A stretch of 64,000 bases of DNA from positions 92,194,001 through 92,258,000 of the forward strand of contig OZ024741.1 of NCBI GenBank assembly GCA_964016885.1, in the 5' to 3' direction. Source of the stretch: Eledone cirrhosa. Its lineage: Eukaryota. The translations under genes were made by a program, and so were the position numbers. Positions within the stretch are counted from its first letter, which is position 1; every line of letters begins with the position of its first letter. The notes beneath the pieces were generated by a model. That model did no database searches, was not told where the DNA came from, and saw nothing but the letters and a program-made list of their open reading frames with translations. Positions 12,065-24,944 of the stretch are shown here, one piece after another.

Positions 12065-13732
12065 GAGGATTCCTTTCTTTGTTTCTGTGCCTCTCCTTTG
12101 TTCTGTCCTACGCCATTTTGTTTCTGTGTGTGTGTTGTGTGCTCAGTCTGCGGATGCGCCACATCCGGGTGTCTGTGTGTGTTTATGTTCATTTATTTAT
12201 TTGTTTATTTACATGTTACTGGTTGGTTGTTTGTTCTATGTGTGTGTGTGTTTTCATTTTGTCCTTAATTGTAAGTTGTGATGTTGCTGTTCCACTCATA
12301 TTTTCTATTTAATTTTGGTTGTAATTCTTTTATGTTTATTGCCTCTGTAATTTGTCTAAACATTGCGTCTTTTCTGTGTGTAGATTCTATTTTTATTTCT
12401 ATGTTCTCTAATTTACTCTTGTGTTCTATTTTAGCATGTTGGTAGAGTACAGATGATTCTTTATTATCTTGAAGGTCTCGCCAGTGTTCATTTATCCGTT
12501 CCCCTACACTACGAGCTTTCTCACCTATGTACACTATATTTTTGTCTCTACATTGTCCTTCAGTACATCTTATGCTATACACTACATTTCTAGTTTTACA
12601 GTTAATATGGGGGCTTATTTTACAGGTTATACAATGTGCTCCTATACAAGGGGCAGGTCCCATTTATGTCATTATTTACCATTTTTTCCCATTTGGTTCT
12701 GGCTCCTCTATACACTCTGATTTTATCTCTCTGATTGTAGCCAGAGAACTGCATTTCTCTGGCTACAATCAGAGAGATAAAATCAGAGTGTATAGAGGAG
12801 CCAGAACCAAATGGGAAAAAATGGTAAATAATGACATAAATGGGACCTGCCCCTTGTATAGGAGCAAATTTTGGAATAGAATAGAAAGAACTAGGAACAA
12901 GGCTAATAGAATAAACTCATGGTATGATAGCAATAAATACCAGAGTGTAATGTTCATCGATACAACCCCTAGAGGTGAATTAGCTTACAGATTTAGAAGG
13001 GCCCTAAATAAACATAAACTCAATCTTAAGATAGTAGAAAGACCAGGTACCTCCGTAAAAACACTTATTAGCAAGACATACCCTTTTCAAAGACCCTCAT
13101 GTATAGATAAGAAATGTATAACCTGTAAAATAAATGGGACCTGCCCCTTGTATAGGAGCACATTGTATAACCTGTAAAATAAGCCCCCATATTAACTGTA
13201 AAACTAGAAATGTAGTGTATAGCATAAGATGTACTGAAGGACAATGTAGAGACAAAAATATAGTGTACATAGGTGAGACAGCTCGTAGTGTAGGGGAACG
13301 GATAAATGAACACTGGCGAGACCTTCAAGATAATAAAGAATCATCTGTACTCTACCAACATGCTAAAATAGAACACAAGAGTAAATTAGAGAACATAGAA
13401 ATAAAAATAGAATCTACACACAGAAAAGATGCAATGTTTAGACAAATTACAGAGGCAATAAACATAAAAGAATTACAACCAAAATTAAATAGAAAATATG
13501 AGTGGAACAGCAACATCACAACTTACAATTAAGGACAAAATGAAAACACACACACACATAGAACAAACAACCAACCAGTAACATGTAAATAAACAAATAA
13601 ATAAATGAACATAAACACACACAGACACCCGGATGTGGCGCATGCACAGGCTGAGCACACAACACACACACAGAAACAAAATGGCGTAGGACAGAACAAA
13701 GGAGAGGCACAGAAACAAAGAAAGGAATCCCC

Positions 13733-13777
13733 AGTCACTGAAGAGGTCACAGAGTGTGTGACGAAAGAACTATGACT
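13733..13777 (+). ncRNA. minimal type-I hammerhead ribozyme in PLE 3' pLTR
   Basis: AGUCA-CUGAAGA-G-GUCAC(AGAGUGU)GUGAC-GAAA-GAAC-UA^UGACU. Confidence 0.8.
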
Positions 13778-13906
13778 ATATATAAACAACTATCTGGTTG
13801 TGGAACCAACCAACCAACCAGAAATTTATAAATTTATTATAATAAATTGAAGTTAAAGCAACTGGTGCGTGTGTTTCTTATTGGCAACATGACCCTCCCA
13901 AAGTAT

Positions 13907-14023
<117 letters not shown>

Positions 14024-14082
14024 TATATATGTATATATGTGTGTATATTTATATGTGTAGTGTGTCTATATATATATATGTG

Positions 14083-14118
<36 letters not shown>

Positions 14119-14186
14119 GATATATATGTATATATGTGTGTATATTTATATGTGTAGTGTGTCTATATATATATATGTGTGTGTAT

Positions 14187-14225
<39 letters not shown>

Positions 14226-14330
14226 GATATATATGTATATATGTGTGTATATTTATATGTGTAGTGTGTCTATATATGTATGTGTATATATATATATATG
14301 TGTATATATATATATATGTATATATATATG

Positions 14331-14362
<32 letters not shown>

Positions 14363-14363
<1 letters not shown>

Positions 14364-14645
14364 TGTGAGTTCAATTCTCAGACCGAGTGATGTGTTATTT
14401 CCTTGAGCAAGACACTTTATTTCACATTGCTCCAGTTTACTCAGCTGTAGAAATGAGATGATAGGGACTGGAGTCCCTATCATTCCACTGCAAAGTGGTC
14501 GTGGAGGTGCCACAGCAAAAAAGCACCCACCACACACTGAAAATGAGGTTGGTGTTAGGAAGGGCATCCAGCTGTAGAAATCAAGCCAGAATCAGTTCCC
14601 GTCCCACCCTTGCAAGCAGGGAAAAGCGGGCGTAAAATGATGAAA
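14363..14645 (+). mobile_element. SINE with CORE-like domain and RTE-derived 3' tail
   Basis: B-box-like GAGTTCAATTC, ccttgagcaagacactt...ccagtttactcagctg, then gttggtgttaggaagggcatccagctgtagaa shared with RTE 3' UTRs. Related copy at about 60618-60895. Confidence 0.7.
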
Positions 14646-14651
14646 ACAAAA

Positions 14652-14753
<102 letters not shown>

Positions 14754-14958
14754 AAGTTCAATTTAAATTGTTGGGATACAACAAGCAAATATTTTTATAA
14801 CTGATATAAAGCACTCGACAAGTATTTGGAGTAAATATACGATATTAACAAATGGAAACTATATTTATAAAAGCATATCTATTTTATGTGAATAAATATG
14901 AAATATGTATAATAAAATAGATATGGTTTTATAAATATAGTTTCCATTTGTTAATATC

Positions 14959-15032
<74 letters not shown>

Positions 15033-15045
15033 GTGTGTATGTGTA

Positions 15046-15094
<49 letters not shown>

Positions 15095-15149
15095 GTTTGT
15101 ATATATATATATATATATATGTATATGTATATATATATGTTTGTATATA

Positions 15150-15212
<63 letters not shown>

Positions 15213-15213
15213 G

Positions 15214-15293
<80 letters not shown>

Positions 15294-15891
15294 CTTTTAA
15301 AGAATTTCCCTTTTCTTTAAATCCACCAATCATGACGGACCCCCAACGATCTTATAGACACCTGAAATATAGGCATTGTTAGCTTAAGAGAAACTTAAAA
15401 ATAAGGAGTGGCACCCCATTCTGAACTTGTTTATAGAATTCTTTCTGCCTTTGTCACTCTAAATATAAATTATAGCCTTAATGAATTAGCTTTCAATGAA
15501 TTCCCTTTTCTTTCAACCAATGACCTCCACCCATCCCACTCCCCACCCTCTCCTACCACCTGAAAAGATATAAATACCACATTTATTTTTGGAAAGCCAG
15601 ATTCCTGATGATTTCTAAAGAATGAAACAGTTCTAGTCCTGTAGAATCTCATCTATATTAAAACTTTTATACTCTGCTATGTATTGAGTACCTTACTTAC
15701 TGTGGTTACCTCCGATTCAACCCGGAATAACGTGTATATATATATATATATGAAAAGTGTAATTTTCTACACAAAACGAAGGTTATAGAGAAAATTGAGG
15801 TTGGTAATGGCACATGGAATATATAAGAGACAGAATACTTTTTTGTGAAAAAACATAATTTTATAAGGTAAGGAAATAATAAAGGGTATAA

Positions 15892-15939
15892 AAAATGACC
15901 GGTTTCGATGGGTCTGCAAAAGCCATCTTTTCAAATGTT
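15892..15939 (-). ncRNA. minimal type-I hammerhead motif, U3-A8 core variant
   Basis: AACAU-UUGAAAA-GAUGG(CUUUUGCAGAC)CCAUC-GAAA-CCGG-UC^AUUUU; palindromic ACCGGU helix III; one helix-I mismatch. Confidence 0.65.
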
Positions 15940-16415
15940 GATTAATATTAAGAAAAATTAATAATACGAAGAGTTAAAATTTGAGATTTGAAAATTCAAG
16001 TATAAAATTCATTGTGGGATTTCATAGTAGTTTTCATCTAGGTAGCAACAAGTTGACTGCTGTGTCCCTTTCTGGTAGTGAATGAGAAGTTATTTGGGGT
16101 GTGGGTTATTTTATAAAGGTCAGATTTAGCAATGGCCAGCTGGCCAGCTGTTGGTCAGTGAGGGGGTGGAAGCAATATACATACATATATCTTCCTGTGG
16201 TCGGTAGGAGAGTGGAGCTTGATAGAAAGGGATTTAGTGCACTTACACCTATATATATACACATACCTTCATCCACACATACATACATATACATATACAT
16301 ACACATATACATATATATATATATATATATATACATATACACACATACATACACACACACATACATATACATACACACCTACACACACACACACATATAT
16401 ACACATACACACATA

Positions 16416-19400
16416 TCATCATCATCATCATCATCATCAGCGTTTAACGTCCGTGTTCCACGCTTGCATGGGTTTGGACGGGGGTAGTCCCACTTGAGGC
16501 AAGAGTGATTGTCTTGCTCGCATAGGACTGTCTGGCAGGTTTTCTACAGTTGGATGCCCTTCCTAACACCAACCACATTTACAGTGTGGGTCTGGGAGGT
16601 TTTTACCGTGTTGCCTACACGGCCACATTACAGCGTGGACTGTGTGTTTTTTTGTCGTGACACCTACACGATCTCATTTGTTTCGGCCTCGATGGCGCGG
16701 CACCAACATAACTTTACATAGAACGGGGTGGTGTGGATCGGGTGGGGGTGGTGGTGGTGGGACGGGGTGTATTTTGTTAGAGATGCCTACTGGCTGGAGT
16801 AGGTTTTACTATATATTTAGGTAAGGCGGGTCTTCTCTGTTACTGAGTACCGCCAAAGGTCTCGGTCCAGTGACATTGTCTTGGAGAGGTGTAAGTGTGT
16901 GATGTCGGAGTTTATCAGCTCGTCCCAGGTTTTTCTAGGTCTGCCTATTCCGTGACTACCGTCTATCTTTATTGCCCTGCACTTTGTTATACAGCTATCG
17001 ACTTTCATGCGCATCACGTGTCCATACCAACGTAGCCTTCTCTCGAGTAAACAACATCTGATCCCTCTTATCTCTAATTTTTTCCTTAGTTCGTTTATGC
17101 TTTGCCGTTCACGTATATTACTGTTACACATCCAGCGGAGCATGCAAGCTTCGTTCCTCTCTAGTCTGCGTATATCCTCTGCACACAATGCCCAGGTCTC
17201 ACTGCCATGCAGCATTGCTGTTCGTATGCAGGCATCGTACAACCTGCCTTTCATTTTTAGTGAGAACCCTTTAGCAGCTAATAGTGGTATAAGCTCTCTG
17301 AACTTTTTCCAACCAGTTCTGACTCTAGCTACAGTACTTTCAGAGCACCCTCCCCCACTGCTGATTTTATCGCCCAGGTAACGGAAGCTGTCCACTATTT
17401 CTATAGAACCCTCTGCGCAATTGAAAGAGCTAGTAGTTTGTGGGCACTTGCTGCTACTTATTGCACCAGAGCACCGGCCACATGTAAAATCTATGTTCTT
17501 AGTTAGCTTACCTGTGATCCCACTACATCTTTTATGCACCCATACTTTGCATTTAGGACATAAAATGGAGTTTCTACCTACGCCTTTCCTACACACCGAG
17601 CACGACCATTTCCCAGAAGGGACCGCCGCCTTGTTTTCTTTCCTACAAACTAGTACTTTGGTCTTAGCCAGGTTAATTTTAAGTCCTTTTGACTCTAGGC
17701 CGTGCTTCCATGTTTGGAATTTCTTCTCTAGCTCGGCCATTGATTCCGCTATGAGTGTCAGGTCGTCTGCGTATAGGAGTTCCCATGGGCAGCCTGTCTT
17801 GAACTCCTCTGTTATAGCCTGAAGGGCAATAATAAATAGTAGTGGACTGAGAACAGAGCCCTGATGGACGCCAACTTTTACGCTAAACTCTTCACTATAT
17901 TCGTTGTTAATTCTAACCTTGCTGACTGTTTCTTTATACATGGCTTGTATAGCCCTCACAAGCCATTCGTCAACGCCTAGTTTTCTAAGAGCCCACCAGA
18001 TAATGGAGCGGGGGACTCTGTCGAAGGCTTTCTCCAAGTCGACAAAAGCTAAGTAGAGGGGTTTACCTTTAGCTAGGTACTTCTCCTGTAGTTGTCGTAC
18101 TATGAAAAGAGCGTCTGTGGTACTTTTGCCTGACACAAACCCGAACTGCATTTCATCTAGGTCAATTCTCTCTCTGATTAGTTGCGCTATTACTTTTTCC
18201 GTGACCTTCATGACCTGGTCGATTAATTTAATGCCTCTATAGTTACTCCTATCTAGGGCGTCTCCTTTACCCTTATAACAGTTAACGATGATGCTGCTAT
18301 GCCAGTCCTTCGGAACAACCCCATTCTGTACGACTTGGTTAACTATGCGGGTGACCATGGTGTGTCCCACCGTGCCAGATGCCTTCAGCATCTCAGCAAC
18401 TATTTCCGAAGGCCCAGCCGCCTTACCAGTCTTCATATCCTTGATTGCCTTACTTATTATACTCCCCTCGACTAACACTGCTGGTCCCTCTATTGGGTCG
18501 ATATGGGGGAGACTGCCTTTCTCCCAATTATTCTCCTCATTTAGTAGCCTTTCATAGTGACACTTCCAAGCTACCTTCTTATCAGCGTCGGTGATGGCAA
18601 GTGTGCCATCGTCGTTTAGTACACACTTCTCCCCGACAATATCACGGTTTTCCTTGACGCATTGCCTAGCAATCCTGAACACCTCACGTTTTTGGTCATC
18701 GCGTTGTAGAACATGCTTGAACTTTCTTTCCTCAGCTTCCCTTCTTGCTAAGTACACTTGTCTCCTAGCTTCCCTCCTGGCCACTTGATAGTCCTCTCTA
18801 CTTCCCCCATCCCGCCATACTTTCCAAGCCTGCTTTTTGGCCTTAATTGACCCCTCCACCTTACTGTTCCACCACCATGTTACTCTCCTCCTGCCTACAG
18901 GCCTGCTCCAGCCACAGACTTCGTCTGTCGCCAACAGCAGGTTTGCTTTCAGAAATTCCCACTCTCCCTCTATATTGTCCGACTCTAAATGTTCTTCCTT
19001 ACTGTCGAAAGCATCAAGCAATATGCTTTGAAATTTATTCCTGGCTGTGGGGTCCTTTAGCTTCCATATTTTCCTCCTGAGGATAGTCCTCTTCTGTTGT
19101 CGAGTACGTCTCGTCCTGACTATGAGGTCGCTAATTATCAGTCTATGTTGGGAGGTGCATTCTTCATGGGGGAGGGATTTAGTGTTTACAACAGACACTC
19201 TGTCACGTCTTCTGGTAAGGATATAATCTACCTGGCTTGTGTGTTCCCCGGATCTATAGGTGATCAGGTGATTGTCACGTTTTTTGAAGTTAGTGTTACA
19301 GATAGTTAGGTTATTTGCATCACAGAATTCCAGGATTCTGGAGCCTTCCTCATTTCTAGTACCAAACCCATAGCCTCCATGGATTTCGTCGTAGCCGTCA

Positions 19401-20044
19401 CAATGTTGTCCAACGTGACCATTTAGGTCGCCTGCGATAATTATATAGTCACTGTCGGATATTTGGGAGGTAGTTAGCATCAGTGTCTCATAGAATCTGT
19501 CTTTTATAGTGTCGGGCAGTCCGGATTGGGGTGCGTACGCAGATATTACTGTCACCGTAGTTCTATTGAGGACAAGTCGTATTTTAATTATTCTGTCGTT
19601 CACTCTATTTACGTCTATTATCTTATCTGCCCACTTTTCTGCTACCATGATTCCTACTCCACCCAGCCCATCGTCGTTTCCCACCCAGAAAAGCTTATAA
19701 CATCGTTTTTTACCCTCAATGAACCTAGCAGACCCACCCCTCCACCTGGTCTCTTGAATACAACAAACATCGACCTCCTTACGTTCAAGCATTTCTACAA
19801 CCTCGTTAGCGCGACCCTTTAGGGTGCCTACATTTATGGTACCAACTCTGAGGTTTTGGATTGCGTTTGGGGGTTGGGGGCGGTGAGGGGCGGGGGGCGA
19901 TGGGGTTATGTTAGCCGTCCGCGGTCGAAACAATGAGGAGTGCTCGCATTCTCGTCCAAGAGGTGAATTTGTCTTTAAGCCGCATTCTCGTCCAAGAGGT
20001 GAATTTGTCTTTACGCATTCTCGTCCAAGAGGTGAATTTGTCTT

Positions 20045-20046
<2 letters not shown>
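16416..20046 (-). mobile_element. near full-length RTE LINE with uninterrupted APE-RT-PHD ORF
   Basis: Open frame from about 19940 to 16817: APE (GTINVGTL, CIQETRW, AGDLNGHVG, VDYIL, SQHR), RT (YRGIKL, QFGF, DLEKAFD, GVHQGSVLSP, YADD), C4HC3 finger, FRYLG, HGSETW. 3' UTR 16416-16816 with (GAT)n tail. The first ~140 aa of the 1210-aa ORF-track call are microsatellite. Confidence 0.95.
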
Positions 20047-20080
<34 letters not shown>

Positions 20081-20248
20081 TATATATACATACACATACA
20101 TCCAGATACACACATACATACACACACACACACACATATATATATACACATATATATACACACACACCCACACATACATACACACACACACATATATATA
20201 CATACAAACATACACACACACACACACATATATATACACATACACACA

Positions 20249-20296
<48 letters not shown>

Positions 20297-20473
20297 CACA
20301 TACGCATACATCCAGATACACACATACATACACACACACACACGCACACACAATACATACATCCACATGCACACACATACACACACACACATATACACAT
20401 ACATACACCCACACACAGAAATGGCCTCCAAATATATATATATATACATACATACACATATATTTTTTCCATA

Positions 20474-22652
20474 ATATAAGAAGTTGGGACAGTGAAATTA
20501 AAATACAAGTCATTCTGATCACATTGAGTTCTTCATATAGATTGGGCCCCGCAACCGACAGTGGTGAATTCTGTGTGCGCATATATATATAGATATATGT
20601 GTGTGCACGTGCAGGGTTTAACATGGATGTGTTGGTCACACAAAGGCATGGTCTGTCAACGAATAAACCTGATTCTACAGAATTGGTCTCTGGTCTTTAA
20701 TAGTAGTGATTCCGTGCGTATGTGTGTTTATATTTTATGACAATTCTATTGGGGTGATAACCCGTTTAGTTTTGGTTTAAATTTGTTAAGGAATAGATTT
20801 TCTTTGTTTATTCTTTGTTGCTGTGTGAACGAATCTGAGCACTTGTAGAAGGGGAAGATTTTAAAGTTGGGTAGTGTCATTCCTGCGCAGTTCGCAATAT
20901 GGCTGCTCAAGGGGATTTTTCTTGTGTTAGCGTCCCGGATTTGTTGGCGGTGGATGGTCATTCTTTTGCGTAATGAGGTGCCCGTCTGTCCTATGTAGTT
21001 GTGTTTGCACTCACCGCAAGTTATTACGTAAATCAAGTTCTCCGAGTTGCAGGTGAAATTGATTTTTAATGTAAATGTTTGGCCATCTTTGAATGTAAAT
21101 GTTTGTCCTTCAGTGAGGTAGAGGCACGTTCCACAGTTTGTTCTACCACATTTGGTAACTGTAGGGTTGAGGATTGGTTTGGGTATATTTGGTCCAGTGA
21201 GAATGCGTTTAAGTGATTTGGGTTGTCTTTTACTTTTAAGGATCTTGTGTGTTTCAAGAATAGACTTCATTTTTACATCTTTAAGTAGGATGGGGAGGTT
21301 TTTGTGTAGGTGATCAAACATTTCGGTATTTCTGGGGTTGAAAGTGGATACATATGGCAGGGTGTTGAGTGTGGTTTTCTGTTTTGGATTGTTAAGTTGA
21401 TGGGGATTTAGGTGTTTTGCCCTGTCTATTCCATTGTTGATTATTTCAAGTGGAAAGGCTCTTAAGATAAGGGTGTCTTTTAGTTCCTTTAGTCTTTGCT
21501 CCCGTTTAGGTGGATCTGATACTATGGTACATATACGTTTGGCCAAATTGTAAGGAATGTTAAGTTTTGTATGTTTTGGGTGACTTGATGTGAAAAAGAG
21601 GTATTGCTTGGAATCTGTGGGTTTATAGAATATATCTGTATCTAATTTCCCGTCTATTACAGAGATGAGAATATCCAAGAAGGCTAATTCCTTAGGATTG
21701 GATTCCATTGTGAATTGTATGTTATTATCTATGTTGTTTATCATGTTTTTAAACGTAGTAAGTGAGTTCATATCTTCTTGCCATAGGATAAAGCAGTCGT
21801 CTAGATATCTTTTCCAATTGCCTTTGAGGTGTGTGTGGAAAGAGTCTCCAAATAAGAGAAGGGACTGACTGTATATTTGTTGTTCATGGAATCCCATGAC
21901 TAGGTTGGCATATGTGGGTGCTACTTTCGTGCCCATTGCCGTACCTGATACTTGTCTGTATGTTGAACCATTGAATGTGAAGTAGTTATTTTGTAGGATA
22001 AAGCGGAGTCCGTCAGTGATAAAATCTGTGTTGATGCGTGTCGGTATTTCTGATGGGTGTGTGTTAAGCCAGTATTGGACTGCTGTTATTCCATAGTTGT
22101 GGGGTATGTTTGTGTAGAGGTTTATTACGTCAAAGGAGACAAGAATTGTATTTGCACTTACTGTTTTAGGGAGGTGTTTCAGCATGTCAAGGTCATCTCG
22201 TATGTAGCTCTGTATATGTTGTAGAAAGGGTTTCAGTAGGATGTCCAGAAAGTTGCTAAGTCTGTGGGTTTCACATGTAGGGCCTGTTATAATTGGCCTG
22301 AGTTTTAGGTCTTCTGGTGGTGTTAGTTCAATGTAATTGTTGGTTGAGGTGTCACATGCATCGTTTATGGGTTTACATTTGTGGAGTTTCGGTAAGCCGT
22401 AAAAAGAGCTTGTATTGCACTTGAAGTGGCTTATATAGTTAAACTCTTTTGTGGTTAAGCTGTTGCGGTATTTATTCAGTAAGGTCAAAAGGTTCCCCAT
22501 TGTTTTGGTGTGTTTGTAGTTTTCTGTTTTTTCATAGTATGTGTTGTTTTCTAAAATGTTAAGTGCGAGGGTCCTATAGTAGTCCGTATTCATAATAACA
22601 ACAGTACTGCCTTTATCGGCTTCTTTGATGGTTATCTCAGGGTTGTTTCTAA

Positions 22653-22656
<4 letters not shown>
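20474..22656 (-). mobile_element. Penelope-like element (Neptune-like) RT + GIY-YIG, 5'-truncated, ORF open
   Basis: KEADKGS, FYGLPKLHK, RPII, SFDVINLYTNIP, GTAMG, RYLDD, FLD, SSHP, Cys linker CGRTNCGTC, LIYVITC..C..YIGQT. Stop at 20746; 5' end joins (TA)n. Confidence 0.93.
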
Positions 22657-22695
<39 letters not shown>

Positions 22696-24944
22696 CATAT
22701 AGTTACAACCTTTTGCATTATGGGTTCAAATCCTGCTAAGGTTAGCTTTGCCTTTCATCCTTATGGAGTCAATAAAATAAAATACCAGTAACACACTGGG
22801 GTTGATTTAATCAACTTTCCCCTCCCCTCAAAACTGTTGGCCTTGTGCATTAATCAAATCACTTGTCATAAAATAAATGTTTTTGAATTGATTGATATCT
22901 TTGGTTGACTTTCTCTAAACCTTATATTATGCTCTGTAACACAATATCTTCAATTATTCTGACCTGACACTATATACCATTACCATGAATTAGTTTGACT
23001 TGCATGATTGCTGATAATTATAATACATTGAGTTTATCCGTATCTTGATATATATATATATGACTTAAATGCTACCTCCATTTAAAATACAATTCTTTGC
23101 ATCAATTCCTTTGCCAATTTATCTGCAGGGTGTGCAGCTGAAACACCACTCAGACTGGGATGAAGAGTATGTCACATCCTTCCTCTCTTCCTTTCTTTCG
23201 TTGCTTAATTCCTTTTTTCTTATTTTTCTCTCCTTTTTTGTTTCTGTATTGCATGTCTATTGTACAGTTTATCTACTACTGGATATTCTGTATTGCAATA
23301 AATTACTCATCACCATATATGTTTAAAAGGAGGAATTTTTAATATTCTAGGGCAGTATTTCACATAGGTTGACTATGATGATTGAAAATGGGGGATGGAC
23401 AGATTGCTATCTTTAATTATTATATCATTATATTATAATTCTGTTATAATATAATTTAATTATCATACAATTCTATTATAAAATTCTTTTATAATATATT
23501 TCTATTATACTGTGATTCTGTTACACTATTTGCATGATATAATGTGATTTCCTTTGCATATTTTTACAGACCTCATTGTATTGAATAAATATGCACATTA
23601 GACGAGTGACATGGTTGGTGTACTTTGCAATTTATTATGACTTGTAGTGGAGAGTTTGGGGTTCAGGTAGAACTAACTTAATCCATTCTTTAGGGTGTTA
23701 TTTATATACTGTGGATGCAGTATGGTTGAATAGCTTAGAATTTCAATTCACAATCATAAAATTGGCATTTTGAACATGCACTATTTACATTTTATGTTCT
23801 GAATTCAAATCCCACCAAGCTTAACTTTGTCTTTTATCCTTATGGGATTGATTAAATAAAGCACCAGTAACGCACTGGGGTAATTGGTGCCTTGTGCCAA
23901 AAATAGAAACAATTATTTACATGTCAGCCCAAGCCTTGTAAGTGAAATTGGACAAATGGAAAATGTTTAGAAGCCCATCAGAAAGACTGTACCAAGAGCC
24001 AGCCTTGTCACACTGAGTAATGCTGAATATTGTTACAAGTACATGTGTCTTAGGAATGCTCAGCCACTTGCATGTTAATTTCATGAGTAGGCTGTTCCAT
24101 TCATCGAACAACTGGAACACACATCCCTGAAACTGATGGGACCCACCTACCCCCCTTCAGTGACATGTAATATGATATTTAATTGTATAATATAGTGTTC
24201 TGTTATAAAACTCTATTTTGTTTTCCCATTAATACAAAAAGAATGGGTCAAAAAATTTTAAATATATTTGTGTGTGTCTAATTTGAGAAGCCATTGTTTT
24301 GTGTCATGTATATAAATATCAAGGACTTTTTTTTTACTTTCTTTAAATTCTATTTCTGTTTTTTATTTTATCAAATACTTTTTCACTGTATAAGTACATA
24401 ATAAATATAACAATATACAGATTGTGATAGATTAAATATTGATTTCTAGTTTGGGCTCAAATATGGAGGAAGTCAAAGTTAATTAAATCAATCCTTGTAC
24501 TTGACTGATACTTTATTTTATCAACCCCAGAAGAATGAAAAGCAAAGTTGACCTTGGTGGGATTTGAACTCCGAATATAAAGAGCTAGAACAAATACCAA
24601 ATGGTATTTTATCTTACGCTCTACCAATCCACCACCCATTGTTAGCTTTGATATTAAATATTATATGTTGAAATAATATACAAATTTCTGTATAATACAT
24701 AACATCTCTATAAAAGTAGCTGAATGATATATAACAACTGTATATAAAAAGTATATTATAATGAAGTAGCAGCTAGACCTTATAGTATGGTCTGACTTGA
24801 CAAAAAAAGTCCTGAATGTTGAGTTGACGGAGTCTTGAGAAAACAATATGGTATATGTATATGAAGCAAAGAGTTTTAAATGTGAAGGTCTTAGGAGGTT
24901 CATGTGAGGCCTGAGGATGGCTGAGCTTGGTGCCTCAAGTATAG

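Noticed and set aside
20474-20745. Expected hammerhead in the 3' region of the Neptune-like PLE
   Set aside because: Only AUGAAGA without matching helices was found; the pLTR may be truncated.
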